DNA of 64,000 nucleotides from Lama glama (Eukaryota). Every line of letters begins with the position of its first letter. The first letter of the stretch is position 1. A program made the translations under genes and the position numbers. Below are positions 48,731 to 62,639 of the stretch, piece after piece. The notes beneath the pieces are model-generated. The model saw nothing but the letters and a program-made list of their open reading frames with translations, did no database searches and was not told where the DNA came from. The stretch lies in contig CM052817.1 in NCBI GenBank assembly GCA_028534125.1, positions 44,642,001 to 44,706,000 of the forward strand. The letters run 5' to 3'.

Positions 48731-51359
48731 AAAAAAAGTTTGGAAAGCACAACTGTAATCTCATTTAGTAATGGTAGAAATTGAGGCTCAGAGATGTGAA
48801 AAGATTGGCCCTGCTTTCACAGGTAACCAATAACAAAATTAGGTTCCCTGATTCTGAGTGATGTGCTGCTTCTGTACTGCCTCCCTTCGAGATGGTATTA
48901 TGTACTGATGAAGATGATCTTAAATAGAGTAATTCTATATTGCATTGTAATGGTCCCTGTATTTATTTACTCAATGCAGTTTCAATCTACTTTGCTGTTA
49001 GTGGACCTTTATGAAACTTACATCTTCTTCCTAGATAAATAAAAAGACAGAGCTATTTATTATGAGAAAGTGAGCTGGTATACACTACTTAAATTATAAA
49101 GACAGCATTGTTATTTTCATGTTTTACTATCCCATTGTGTGGCACTGTGTACCTATAGATTGAGGCAAATACTGTATGGGGAGACTGAGTGACTTATCTC
49201 AGTTAACTCTTACTCTTTTAAGGTATATATTCTATCTCCATCTTATAGTCTTACAGAGGTTAAATATTGTCCTCAAGGTCACAGAGATGGTAGATCACAG
49301 AGCTAGGATTTGAACCCTAACAGTCAATGACAACATCTAGAGAGAAGGAATGTGATTGAGAAAGCAGATACCGGGAGTGATGTGAAGTTAATAGTAACAA
49401 TTAGCAATAACTCAGGTTGTAAAGGGTGGTCAGCAATAACTCCTCATTGCATTTCTGAGATTGTACCAGCCCAGATATGTGGTGTTTGGATCAATCTTGG
49501 GGTACCTGAGAATTTCCAAGAAAACATACCTGCAGACTGGTTCTATGAGAGTATGAACCAGTTTTACAAAATCACTAGTCTCAGACTTCTGTGAAATGTG
49601 GAGTGGTTCAGCATCCTAGGGGCTTCAGTCATTAGTTGATGAATCCAGGAACCTAAGTATAACACATATTATAAAGGAATCTTTCCTGATCAAAATAGAG
49701 CATAGATTCTAAATCGACTTACTACGGAGATTGTCACGTTCTACCCCAGTCACAGGAGAGGTCCACCTTAAGTAGCCACAAGGAAAGAAGGCAAGGTGAG
49801 GACTGTTCACATCAGGGAAAGTACAGGCACACCGTCACCACAGCCTTTTGGAAGCCAAGGAGAAGGGATAAGAACCCAGGAAATACTTCTAAGCCCTGTA
49901 GGTGAACTGTGTAACAAAAAGTAAAGCCCACAGATGATTTTCCTCCAAAAGTCCTCTTTTTGTGGTCTGTGGTTTCTAAAGCCTTTTCTGCAACATTTCA
50001 ATTAAATAACCAGAGTAGAATCTTTACCTTAGCTAGTACCTGTCAGAAATTTAAGGCTCCTTTCAGTGTGAACCTGTCCATAATGTTAGATCAGGCAGAA
50101 TTGTTCTTAATAATCTTGGGCATACTAGAAGAGGCCAAGATCTCATCTGTGTACTTCACTCAGAGATTTAAATCAAACACATGTAAGTTCATGTTATGAT
50201 CCCCAAATCAAAAAGTGCAGCATTTTCACAATTTTTCAACTTACTGAGGCAAAAAGACCTTCCTTTTTCCAGGAATCCTTAGTAACTTAGTAAGTTTTAT
50301 GCCTGAGAATAGGAATAATGTTTCAGTTCTTACGGTGTAATGAAAGTAGAGAAACACAGAAAGATATGACCATATATTCAGTCTAAAATAGTGAAAAATC
50401 TAGATTGCAAATACTTCTAAAGAAAAGCTTCATTACCCTAAGGTACATAAAGGAATGGCAGCATTGGCAAATAGAGGTGCTAAGCCTCTTTACGGATAAA
50501 TGGTGGTTTTAAATTCTTGTTTAAGTAAATAAGCCTATGCTGTCTTCTTTAAACTGTTAATTTTCCAAGAAAAAGATTTCCCTCTGAAGACTGCAGCTCT
50601 TCAGTGGCCTACCACCAGTCATTGGATACTGAATTAATGAGTTTATCGTCATTATCTTATGCCAAAGTAAAACATGGTTTTCATATGGAATATTCCAAAG
50701 TCAGACCTTTTCCTTTCTTCTCTTTTCTCTTCTCCAACTTCTAGTTCCCACTCAGCTTACCTTGCTTGTAGGTTCCGTTTTCTTCCTGATACGACTCTGG
50801 TATCAAGCAGAGGGCGTTAGTGTGTGGTCCCCCAGCGCTGGGCTACGATTCTGCCTGTCCTGCTCATTCCTTCATGCTTTTGATCTTTCTGTAATTTATG
50901 GTAATAACATTGTTTAGTAATTTACATCTTCTTAGTGTCTTTCATCACCCTGAAGAATCCCCAAATGCATCATTTTAGTGTTTAAGTTACTTAGCAAACA
51001 TTCATGATAAAACTTGTTTAAATGAGAGTTTTTTTGTTCCAAACAGCAGTTTCTTCTATTTAGAACATTTAAGTTGCCTAGCGGTCTTGAGTAACATTCC
51101 ATTTGTTATAATTCTTTATGGAATGTCTCCCTACCTACTGCTTATTTCCTAAAAATGATAGCACGAAACATATTAAGGTAGAATTTATCTAATTGTAGTT
51201 TTGACAGATGGCACCTCAGTAATCTAAAGAGAAAAACTGTGAGTGAAATAAAAAGGAATTCTATTCCAAAAAAACTTTTTAGCGCACAGGTTTTTTTTAA
51301 AAAAATTTAACACTGTGCTTACATTGTGAATTAATGTAAAAATGATAAGCAGTATGTTA

Positions 51360-54300
51360 TATGTGATCTTTTTTCCATCATTTTGATGATCCTTGCCTAT
51401 ATCTAGTTTTTTAAAGAATCAGGATTCTGATTCATTAATTTGATGTGTTGTTTTTCTGTTTTCTTCATTAAGAAGAAAACCATGTGCTTTCTTTTGTTAT
51501 ACTCTTTTCCCCTACCTTTTTGTGTTAAAAATCATTCACTTATTTTCATTCTTCTTTTAAAATAGAAATAGGTGTTTAAATACCTTGAGGTTAGAAATTT
51601 TCCTCTTTGCATTGCTTTAATGTATCTCAGATTCTGATATATGGTGTTTTCCTTGTCATTATTTTTCAGAGATTTAAAAATTTATATTTTTATTTCTCTT
51701 ATTACACAAGGGTTATTTAATTGAAGGCCCTTTAATTTCCAAGTGAAGAGAGCTTTTTGCTTTTGAGTTTTAATTTCTAGTTTTATTACATTGTGACTAG
51801 AAGAGGGTGTTTGTAACATTTCTACTTTATGGAACCTACTGATCTTTTATTTGTGCCCTAGAATATGATTGGTTTTTATGAATATTCCATGTGCAATTGA
51901 GAGGAAGGTATATTCTCTGTTACCCAAGTGTAGTGTTCAATATATATCTAAAAAGTCTACTTTAGTGATTATTTCATTTAAATCTTTTATATCCTTATTT
52001 AATTTTTTGGCCACTTGACTTACTGAATGGCCTGTTAAAGTCTCATTTTTACTGTGTTTCCAGTTCTTACTGCATCTAAGTGGTTGTTGTGTTAAATGGT
52101 ACATAGGGTCAGAAGTAGTGTATCTTTATTGTGGATTGTGGCTTTTAACTTTCAGTGCCCTTTGTCTTATTTAATACCCTTTAGCTTGAAGACTACTTGG
52201 TTTGGTGTCAGGATTTTTTAAAAAAAATTTTATTGAAGTGTAGTTGATTTGCAATGTTGGTTTCAGGTGTATAGCATGATGTCAGTATTTTAACCGGTGC
52301 TTTCTTATTGTTTTCATTTGCCTGGCAGATGTTTGCCCATCACTTTATTTGTAATCTTTTTGAATCATTGCCTTTTAGTGTCCTCTGTGTACAGCAGAGT
52401 TGAATTTTTTCAAGAGCCAATTTGAAAATCCTTTTCTTTGAATAGGCGAGTTAAGTCCCTTTGGGTTTATTGATATGACTGCCTAAATTCTGTCGCATTA
52501 TTATTACATTATTATCTTATGGTGTAATTACTGCATGTGTTATATTTACTATGTCTATTTAGTATTTCTTCTTTACTTTTTCTAGTAGTTACGTTTGCCT
52601 TAATGCTGTCTATGCTGTACTTATAAACCCTTTTTCTTAAGAAAGTAAGAAACCCCTTTTGCTTTTTGTCAAATTTAAATGGCGTTCTTTACAACCAGCG
52701 GTCTCCTTTGTCACATATATAATATTGATATGTTATTCTTCAGTGCCATTGCCCCACCCATGTTTTAGTCTCAGCTCTGCAGCTGAATATTTAAATGATC
52801 ATCATCAGTCTTTTTTCAAAGTTTTCCCAGTCATCATTTAAAAAAAATACTCACTCATCCTTACCTGTTTTCCAAATTTTGCTTTGAAAAATTTAAAACC
52901 TACGGAAAAACCAGAGATTTTCACCAGTTGTTACCACCTTGCCACATTTGCTGCTCATCTACTGGTTGGAGGAAGCTTCACCCCCTAGTAGGTTCCCTGG
53001 AGGGGCACCTGTGTACCATGTTCTGGCACATTCAAAACTGCTTTTCTGTGGCTTTGAATCTTTTGAAGGAGGTGTTGGCTGGACATAATGTCCTTAATTG
53101 TACTCTCTTTCCTTATATTTCTTGAAAGCACTGTTTTACTGTTGTCCTGCTTTGTATATTGTTTTTGAATAATTTGATACCATTCTAATCTTCTTGCCTT
53201 TGTAAATTATTTCATCTTTTTTTGCCTGAAGACCCTGAGAATTTTTTCATAATCTTTAAAGTCTTAATATTGTTTTATTAGGATGTATTTCAGAGTTGAT
53301 CATTCTTGGTTGATTTTTCCCTAGTATGAAAAATGTGTAGATTTGAGTCTTTGCTTTATTTTAGGAAACGTCCTTGGTTTATAGTTTTAAACAATAGTTC
53401 TGTTTCATTGCTTTGATTTTTTTTCTTCAGGGACACCAACCTCCTTTGCCTGTTTCCATCTCATTCACTTGCTCTCTCACCCTTTTTTCTTCTGTATCTC
53501 AGTTTTCATCTTCTTGGTTGTTTTCCTGACTTTCTTCAGTGTCTTTGTTAAGTTTACATCATGTCTATCCTCCCTTGTACTTTGTAATTTGGTCTTCATT
53601 TCTGATATAATTTTGTCTTTTTTTTCCTCTTTCTTTCATTTAATCAACTCTCATTTTGTTTGCTTGTTTTATTTCTCGTCCATTTCTGTTTTTAGGTTTT
53701 ATAATTCTGATTCAAGGGTGACTTTACTTTATCCCCAAGTGCTTGTTTGGGAATATTTGGTAAAGTTTGGAGTGTGTGTTACAGTTTTCTTTGACTTCAT
53801 GTTTGTTGGTGGGGAGGGGTTGGGAGGGACTTCTCATGAGCAGAAAAGATTTTATCACGTTTCCTGACATTTTGCGGTAGTTTTGTATGGATGTGGTCTA
53901 TGGTCTACGCTTATCTATTCCTATTTCTTTCGTGGACAGGACTCCTCGTCTGACAGAGCCATCTTCTGCGCTTCCTCTTGTATGGATGATGGTGATGCTG
54001 GGTGGGAGAGGTAGGAGGACTGTCGGCCTATCTTGCTTCTTTTTGTTTCTGCTGGTTCCTGACTTTTCCCTTCTCATTTCCTTCTTGCCTTTACTGCCAT
54101 GTCCTCAGGGGAGACCACCTCTTCTCTCCATATTTGATTCTCCCCCAACACTCTTCTCTGAGGCTGGCACTCTCAAGCCCTTTCAGCACAGCCGCGGCTT
54201 TGGACTGTCAAGTTCCAACCTGTGTTTGGTGTCCTGGCTTTTCTTGTTCACTTTCTGGAGGTGACTTTGTGCTTCCTCTCAGCCCTCTGCTCCTTGTAGT

Positions 54301-54560
54301 CTTTTCAACCTCTCCTCTCCCGTCGTCCATACCCACAGGCCTGTGGTGCTGGTAGGTAGAGTGTGGGAGTACTTCTGGAAAAAATTCCCCTCTGCTGACA
54401 GGTGATTTGAAGGTTGTGGTATTCTCTGTCTTCTGGGAATGCCGAAGGCTTGGAGCCCATGTGGTTTTATGTATTTGTTCTTCTTGTTGATTTTATGTTT
54501 TTTTCAGAGGATGAGGGGGGAGATTTGAAACCAGGTCATCACACATATTCTCCAAACCAG
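51360..54560 (-). mobile_element. Long, old antisense L1 (L1M/L1ME-like), highly degenerate
   Basis: T-rich L1-like motifs (TTTATTACATTGTGACTAGA; AATATTCCATGTGCAATTGAGAGGAAGGTATATTCT). Confidence 0.6.
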
Positions 54561-55108
54561 AAGTCCTCTCTTGGCTTAATCTAAAATTCTGAGCACTACG
54601 TGATAGCAAAGTAGTTTTTAAACTTTTATTAATGATTTCCAGTTTGCTGATTTGTGATATCCCCCCTAATTTGTGGATTTTTACTGAGAAATGTTTTCTT
54701 CTATTATTTGACAATACAACTTTATGAGAGAGACAGACATAAGAAGAGAAAATGTCTTCCCCAAATCAGAGTGTTGATACTCATAATAATTAAAGCGTTA
54801 AAGCATTAGTTTTTGATTTTCAGGTTGTCTTCAGTAAGCTACTTGTCCATTAAAATAAGCAAATTTTACAGTAAGATTCTGTTCACTTGTTAATTTTAGA
54901 TAATTAAATTTTTCTGTGTAAATATTTTCCTGTTGAAAAATTATTACTAAATTTCAAATATGAACAAAGTCATTTCCTCCTCTGTGAACTTTTTTCATAA
55001 TACCTTATTAAAGATTGCATCCCTGTCTTTATAGATAAGAACTAAAAGAACTAAGTAGGGAAGCATTCATACTTCAAGATCTCTAAGAAGACGTAGCAGA
55101 TACTTAAT

Positions 55109-55178
55109 ATGGAACAAAAACCTTGTGAATCAAATAATGAAGATCTTTTATCAGGTAGTGGCATTACATCCAATGCAG
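55109..55178 (+). CDS. CCDC158: CCDC158 first coding exon (exon starts about 55035; coding MEQKPCESNNEDLLSGSGITSNA/G)
   Basis: Similar to the recalled human N-terminus MESKAWESNNEDLLSSSGVTSNG. Acceptor CTTTATAG| at 55034 and donor CAG|GTACGT at 55178; 70 coding nt, phase 1. Confidence 0.92.
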
Positions 55179-55208
55179 GTACGTGTTTTTTATAAAACTA
55201 AATGGGGA

Positions 55209-55448
55209 CAGACTGGGAGTTCGAAATTTGTAGATACTGACAGGCATATGTAGAATAGATAATCAAGATTACACTGTATAGCACACAGAAATACATACAA
55301 GATCTTGTGGTAACTCACAGCGAAAAAATGCGACAATGAATATATATGTATGTTCATATATAACTGAAAAATTGTGCTCTACACTGGAATTTGGCACAAT
55401 ATTGTAAATTGACTATAACTCAATTAAAAAAAGAAAAAAATACAAAAA
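55209..55448 (+). mobile_element. Young L1 3' tail with 15-bp TSD, just downstream of the CCDC158 coding exon
   Basis: Same subfamily tail as 48613-48730; TSD AAAACTAAATGGGGA at 55194-55208 and 55449-55463. Confidence 0.9.
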
Positions 55449-56921
55449 AAAACTAAATGGGGAAAAATTAGAACTAAGCAGTCTTCATAATATTCATACA
55501 AACTGCTATTTTTTTCAGTATGTTTTGGTTTTAACTGCAGGGCACAGACCTCAGTCATGAATGTTTACCAGATGATTTATAATTCTGCTTTTTGAGGAAG
55601 AAGTTTTTTAGTCCTTTAAAAATAGCATATCTGTTTTTAGCATATGTTTATATTACTTTTCTGGTTTGAGGATTCTTTCATATTGAGGCACTGAAGCATG
55701 TTCTGTGTTTACCTACATGTCTCCTCTTCCTCGGTCTGCTCTAAGCCTGCACTCTGCATCATTTGGCTTCTTTTCCCTTACTGCACCCCTGCCCTCCTCC
55801 AGTCAGGTACCAGGTCCTGCTCCCTCTGTTGTCAGAAATCTCTTGAATGCATTTTCTTTCTCATTCCCGTGATTACTGTCCTAGTTCAGGCCCCCCTCAA
55901 CTCTAAAGAAAATTATTTCAATCAGAAGATAGCAGGCAGGAAAACAAACAGGTAGAGTAAGTAAGTGGCATTTCACACAGGGAACTGACAACACAGGTGT
56001 TGAAAGAGCTGAGAAGCCTCATGGAGAATGACACAACCCAGAGGTGAGCCGCTGCAGGGAGCTGCCCCGGCCTGTGGGCTAGCAGGGCCCTGAGAACAGG
56101 AACTGCTCTACAGCTTAGAAGCTGGAGCTGGAACCACGGGACGGCCGCCTGCGGTAGCTGAAGCCACATTCACTGCCCGAAGCCCATCTGAGGCCAGAGG
56201 GAGGAGCAGTCCCTTAGCTTCTCCCCACCTCCTGCCTCCTCTTCTTTCCCAACACCTCCCTCTGCTAACCCACCAAGAAACGTCTGGGCAGGGGCCTGGG
56301 AAAAGCAGTTCTCTACAACACACAGCAGGACAGAGACGGGACAGAGAATGGGTTTTCTGGCAGTCAGGCAGATGACCTGACAGCCCTGGCTGCTTTCCTT
56401 GTCTTGTCACTGTCATCTAAAAGAATGCATCTAGAATTTACGGGTCTGTTGTAAGTCTGTTTTCTCAGTTACAGTTCCGCTGTTTCACTGGTTGGCCTTA
56501 AAAACCTTTCTTTTAGCACCCTTATTTTGTAAAAGCTTCTGCTTCTTAGGTTGCTCATGCCATCGCCACCCCCACCCAGCTGTGCCCCTTAGCCTGCTGG
56601 TTCCCCTCACTCAACTCCCCACCTGCACTGGATCCCTCATCTCCATCAGGGGTGCTGGCCCTTAGCACATGGGCTGTGGCTCCGTCCTCAGACACATCAC
56701 GTCGCGTAATGTCGTTGTCCTCGTGGATGACTGTCTCAGACGTAGACTCGCAGCTTCCAGGCCTTTTTAGTTCTAATCGTTTTGACCTGTACTTGAGCTA
56801 CTCGCTTCCCTGTCTTGGATCTTATGACCGAGAAGGGCTGGACCTGTGTATTCCAGCCTCCTATCTCCCAGCACTCTCACTCCCTTCTTCCTACAGCACT
56901 GATTTCTCTGCCTCATGAAGA

Positions 56922-57100
56922 TAGTGGTTCTCAACCGTGGTCCCCTGTCAGAATCACTTTCTGAGATTTTTGAACTGTTAGACGACTTAGACCCTCACCT
57001 GAAGATCCTGAGTCAGTGCTGTGGAGTGGGACTGGAGCACCGCTGCGTGTGTGTTTAAGCTCTACAGATGACCCTGATTCACAGCCGAGGTGGAGCACAG
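56922..57100. mobile_element. MER5A-like MITE within L2 remnants (about 56500-58000)
   Basis: TAGTGGTTCTCAACC...TCAGAATCAC...GATTCACAGCCGAGGTGGAGCACAGCTG. Confidence 0.6.
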
Positions 57101-58039
57101 CTGCTGTGGTTCCCATTGTTTTCCCTTAAACTATCAGCCTCCTCCTGTCTTCATTTTGTTTTGCGTCATTCATTGTTCCAGCCAGCTATTTGCCAGGATC
57201 CTCACCTCCTTTTTTTCCTCTTATTCTTCTTTGCTCTCTTACAGGAAAACCCCAGTCCTTATCAGGCTGACTGCCGTCTCCATTTTTGTACTGGGCTGCT
57301 GGAAGAAAATACACAAATGTCGATTTTCCACCAATTTGCCATTTCAGAGTCATAGCCTCCCATCCCAACTGGGCCCTTGAAGCTGCTGAGGAGATCTTTC
57401 TCCTGATCTTAGCCAGTTCTCTCTCTAAATTCCCACAATACTTATTTCAAAATTATACCATTCTCTAGTCCCTTACCCTCCCACCTTCTTTCTCACTCTC
57501 AAATAACGTCATTTCCTAATGTCCAGAGAAAATGTCACTGTTTTTCATAGCCACGCCTCTTCATAGTTCGGTGGGGGAGGGACCTTCTTAATTTGCTATC
57601 CATGCCTTAATTCCCACTCCCACTCTCACCATCTCAGCCTCCTCAGAGATTTGGCTCCAGAATCTCTGCAGAATCTTGGGCCCCTCTGACTCTGATTTCT
57701 TCCATCCCTTTCCATTTGCACTTATCCATCAGAGTAAACATGCTAAGTCACTCCCAGTCTAAAAATACTAACAAGGAAATATACCACATCAAAACAACAA
57801 AAAATAAAACCTTCTCCTCAACCTGTGCTTCCTTATTTCTTCTTCCTTCATAGCTGTGCCTTCTGCAAGACAAGTCTGCGTTCACTGTCTTCACATCCTC
57901 ACCATCCATTCACTCTGTGAACTACTGCCATAGGACTTTTGAACCTAGTGTTCCAATGAAATCACTCTGGCTGCAGTGACTAGATTTTCTCTTTTTTGCT
58001 AAGTCGAGTGAGCTCATTCCCCTTGACCAACATTTTCTT

Positions 58040-59410
58040 TTAATTAAGAGTCCAGACCAGTTGTATTATAGAATGTCCCACATTCTAGATTTTTCTGACT
58101 GTTTCTCATGTTTAGATTCAGATTAAACTCATTTGGCAAGAGTTTTATATAGGTGACATTGTATGCTTCTACATCATACTTCAGGGAGTGCATAATGCCA
58201 GATCTCACTAATTTAAAGTTATAATTCCCCTTTATAATTAATAAGTCACCTATAGGAGGCCCTTTGAGACCTTGTGAATATCCTAGTACTAAATAACCTT
58301 TCATCCAATGGTTTTAGCATCAATTGAACATCCTCACCTGAATCAATTATTACATTGATGATTTTCTAATTTTAGGAATAGTTACCAGCTTATATTTTTC
58401 AGGAAATAAAACCTTTTTTTTCATTATTATCACTATAGATCCATAGATTGTTTTCGATTCAAAGTGTTGGAATGCATTGCTGTCACTGTTGTTTTTGATG
58501 CTCAATTGTATCAAATTTGGCCAGCCCCTTTAGGCCAGTTTCTGTGTTGTCTTAAAACATGATCCACTTCATTGCTTCCTGGTGCATCAAAATGTTCCAG
58601 AATCACATTGTACTTTGTCTGTTCCACCAGACCTAGGATCAGCCATTCGCTAAGGAGCCCTGGTTTCTTTTAGTAGAAAGCAGTGTTCAGACACCAAGAT
58701 GTCATGTGCATATTGCTACTGACGTGTCATTGTGTCTAGGAGCGGTCAGTTTCTATAGCTTGGAATTAGATTTTTTTATTGTAAGTTCAAATTCAAATTC
58801 AGTACCATAGGGTTCTTCCTCATCTTTCCCCATTCCATATCTGTAATCTCCCTTACTGTGAGAACTCAAGTTTCAAAAACCTTCAGAGTATTTACTCATT
58901 TTTTTTTCTACAGTACATAACAAAATCATTTCAGAATTATAACAATACTTCATTAACAGCTTATCTCCTAAGTTCACATATAGTTAGGTGCTGTGTTCTA
59001 AAGTTACTAGAAGGAACTGTTTTCTCTGTGAGGTTATGTTATCAGCTTACTGTGCACCTAGGTTTATTTGTTCCTGTTAGTATTCAAGTTCATTTTATTT
59101 TTTGAACGTGTATAACATGTATTTGGCTGAAAGGTGAAAGCTTTATAAAAAGGTATGTTCAGTAGTCTTCCTACCATCTCTATCTCTTCCATTCTGTTTC
59201 CACCCATCCCTATACCCCATAGATAGCTGCTTTAGTGAGATTCTGTCTTATTCTTACGTTGTTTCCTTTTTGCAAGATTAAGCAAATGCCACACATACAC
59301 ATACACATACATATACACTCTTGTTTCTCCTTTCTTACAAATAGAAGGGAAATTAACCTCCGCCTATTAAAGGAGGGAGTATCAAAGAATTTGTGGACGT
59401 ATTTTAAAAC
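58040..59410 (-). mobile_element. L1MC-like 3' region
   Basis: CAGTTGTATTATAGAATGTCCCACATTCTAGATTT..., TTGATGCTCAATTGTATCAAATTTGGCCAG, AAGGAGCCCTGGTTTCTTTTAGT. Confidence 0.65.
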
Positions 59411-60959
59411 CACTACAGTTTTCTTTCTGGTCACAAATTATTTACATTTCTCTCACATGCCAAATACATTCACTCTCCTAAAAAGTCCCCGAACAGTCTG
59501 ATCCCACTGTAGCTTTCACTCAAAGGCCAGAATCACTGAATCTAAGTTAGATTCAAGTATGGATGAAACTCCTCAATTGTAGTCCTTTAAATATAGCTCC
59601 TTGAGTAGAGGTCCTCTTTATCTGAAGGCTTGAGACACCCAACATCCAGTGGGAGCCAGGCATAAGATAACCACTACCCACACTCCTATTTGAAAAGCAG
59701 TAAACATAAGCACATGTGTCTGTCGCAGTTCTGAAAGCCAGCTGGGCACGAGGTGACCATTGCCTGATTAGGACTCAGGCCTGGGAGTAGTTCTCCGCGG
59801 TTCTTGGCTCTATCTACTGGACGCTTGGGTCTGACTTGGAGTGCTCCTTCCTTTTGCATGAAAGGTAGCATATGTTTTCAGCTGAGTGGCTTTTCTCAGC
59901 CTGCTTGTGGAAAAGCCTCGTTCCATCTCACACTGCCTTTGTCCCTCAGTCCAAGCCAGGGGTGGTTCTTGAGTATAATACTCTAAAATCTTCATGCGTC
60001 TTCTGAAAATCTTACTAGGTTTTACTCCCTCTGTCTTCCGTTTAAATATCAGTATTTCCTCAGAGCGCTCTTCTTGCTCTTGTCTCTTCACTCTGTTCGC
60101 CGACCCTAGGTGATCCCACTGGCTCCAGGGGTTCACTAGCACTCACATCTCACATGAGGATGATTCACAAATCCTGAGCTCTAAAGCAAAACACTCTCCC
60201 ACATGCCAAGTCCATGTACAGTATTTGCAAATCAACATCATTACTTGGATGTTGCTGAAACCCCAAACTGAAGAGAAGTCTTTGACGTCTCCTTCTCTCT
60301 TACTTACTTACCGTACCTCTTACATCCATTCCCTTGTTTCTGTCACCACTGCCTCTGCTTTAGGGCAGAGCCTTGCTGTGTCTTGCCTGCACTGTGGAAA
60401 GCCGCCTTCTACTTGGGTTCTCTACCTCATTCTGTCCCCATCCAGCCACTCTCCACACGGAAGCCAGAGAGTCTAGTTAGGTTATCCTCTACTTCCAAGT
60501 CCTTTAATGATTCCCTAGAGCTTTCAAGATGAAATCCAGACTCCTTGCTTGGCGTGACCAAAGGCCCTTCATGATTTGTCCTGTTTTAATTCTCATATCT
60601 GGCCACGACTTTCCTTTCACCCAGAATGTGCCATGGCGCCTCAAGACTCCCGGCCAACAAGGATGGTGCTCCCTTCCTCTTCTCCTGCCTCCCAGACTAG
60701 CTTAGTCTTATCAGAGATGCTTCAGGGCTCATTTCCCTCAAGTGTCCCTTGGTCACTATCAGGTGAAAAAATCCTTCCTCCTTCCTGACCTGCTCCTCCT
60801 CTTTGCCTTGTGCTCTGCTCTCTGAGAGATTTTCCCTGGTCTGTTACCCCATGAGACCTCGAGCTCTTTCAGGGTTCAGTAAAGGAATCACCCGGGATGA
60901 TGTTTCCCCCAAAATTATCTTATTATTGTTAATTAATTAATTAATTCTTTAATATTTAG

Positions 60960-61177
60960 GTTCTTCGAGTCCATTTTTTGTGTCCTCTATTCATGGAACA
61001 GTAATTGAAAACACGTCTTCAACTGGAACTTTGACACAGATTCCTTTTTTCCCTAAATATGAAGTGGAACTTGATTCTCACAGAAAAGCCATTCCTTACC
61101 CTGGAAAGGAGCACATTGAACGTGTTTTGGAAGAATATTCACATCAAGTCAAAGATTTGCAGAGAAGACTAAATGAG
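60960..61177 (+). CDS. CCDC158: CCDC158 second coding exon
   Basis: Acceptor TATTTAG| at 60959, phase-compatible with the previous exon (70+218=288 nt). Encodes GSSSPFFVSSIHGTVIENTSSTGTLTQIPFFPKYEVELDSHRKAIPYPGKEHIERVLEEYSHQVKDLQRRLNE; donor GAG|GTGAGT. Confidence 0.95.
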
Positions 61178-61419
61178 GTGAGTTGCATTCTTTTCCTCCA
61201 GTACCTGATGCTGTTTTGGGAAGACAGTGAGACACAGTGATTTGGAACAGAGCCTAAACTTTCTGGAAGAAAAACTTAATAATGGACTTATTGATTAAAC
61301 TGGTTAATTTGGCCTATGTGTTCTATTTCAGTATTAAAAATTGGGCTGATGAAAAGTCTACATGGCTATTTATTTTTTGTTAATAACTAGTCATAATTTC
61401 TTGACCTAATTGTATATTT

Positions 61420-62590
61420 TTTCCAGTTTTATTGAGATAAAATCAACATATAGCACTGTGGAATTTTAAGGTGTACAGCATAATAATTTGACTTACATAT
61501 ACCATGAGATGACTACTGCAGTAAATTTAGTTAACATCTGTCATCGCATATAGATTTTAAAAAAAGAAACAGAAAATATTATTTTCTTTGTCATGAGCAC
61601 GCAGGATTTAATCTCTTAACAGTTTTTGTATGTGCTGTACAATGGTGTTAACTGTAGTCGTTATGTTATGCGTGACATCCCCAGTACTTAGGTATCTTAT
61701 AACTGGAGGTTTGTACCTTTTGACCACTTTCATCCAGTTCCCCTTCTCCCCAACACCCTTCTCTGGAAACTACAAATCTGATCTTTTTTTCTATGAGTTT
61801 TTGTTTTGTTTTTTTTTGATTGTACATATAAGCAAGATCATTTGGTATTTGTGTTCCTCTGTCTGACTTATTTCACTTAGCATAATGCCCTCAGTGTCCA
61901 TCCATGTGGTCACAAATATCAGGATCTCCTCCTTTTTATGGCTGAATAATATTCATATATATATATAAGCACACACACATCACAACTTCTTTATCCATTC
62001 ATCTGTCAGTGGACACAGGTTGTCGCCATGTCTTGGCAATTATAAATAATGCTGCTAGGAACATGGGGGTCCAGATAGCTCTTCAACATAGTGTTTTTCT
62101 TTCCTTTGAATATATTCCCAGAAGTGGTATTGCTGCATCATATGGGAGTTCTGTTTTTGGTTTTTTGAGGATCCTCCATACTGTTTTCCATAGTGGCTGT
62201 ACCAATTTACAATCCCATCAACAGTGCACAAGGATTCCCTTTTCTCTACATCCTTGCCAGCATTTGTTGTTGCTTGTCTTTTTGGTGATGGCCATTCTAA
62301 AAGGTGTGAGGTGACATCTCACTGTGGTGTTGATACGCATTTCCCTAATGATTAGTGATATTGAGCATCTTTTCGTGTACCTGTTGGTCATTTGTATATC
62401 TTCTTTGGAAAAATCTCTATTCAGGTCCTTTGCCCATTTATAATTGGATTCTTTTTCTGTGATTGATTTGTATGAGTTCTTTATATATTTTGGATATTAA
62501 CCCCTTATCAGATGTGTGATGTGCAGATACTATTTTTCCCCACTTCATAGATTGTCTTTTCATGTTGTTAATGTTTCTTTTGCTGTGCTC
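61420..62590 (-). mobile_element. L1 3' region (L1MA9-like), antisense
   Basis: CCAGTTTTATTGAGATAA..., CTGACTTATTTCACTTAGCATAATGCC, CCATACTGTTTTCCATAGTGGCTGTACCAATTTACA. Confidence 0.9.
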
Positions 62591-62639
62591 ATGGTATAAT
62601 CTTAATGAAACTTGAATAGCTCAAAATATTATAACTAAT

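Noticed and set aside
53469..54355. Hydrophobic 117-132-aa ORFs resembling membrane proteins
   Set aside because: T-rich antisense strand of an old L1 yields F/L/V-rich spurious ORFs.
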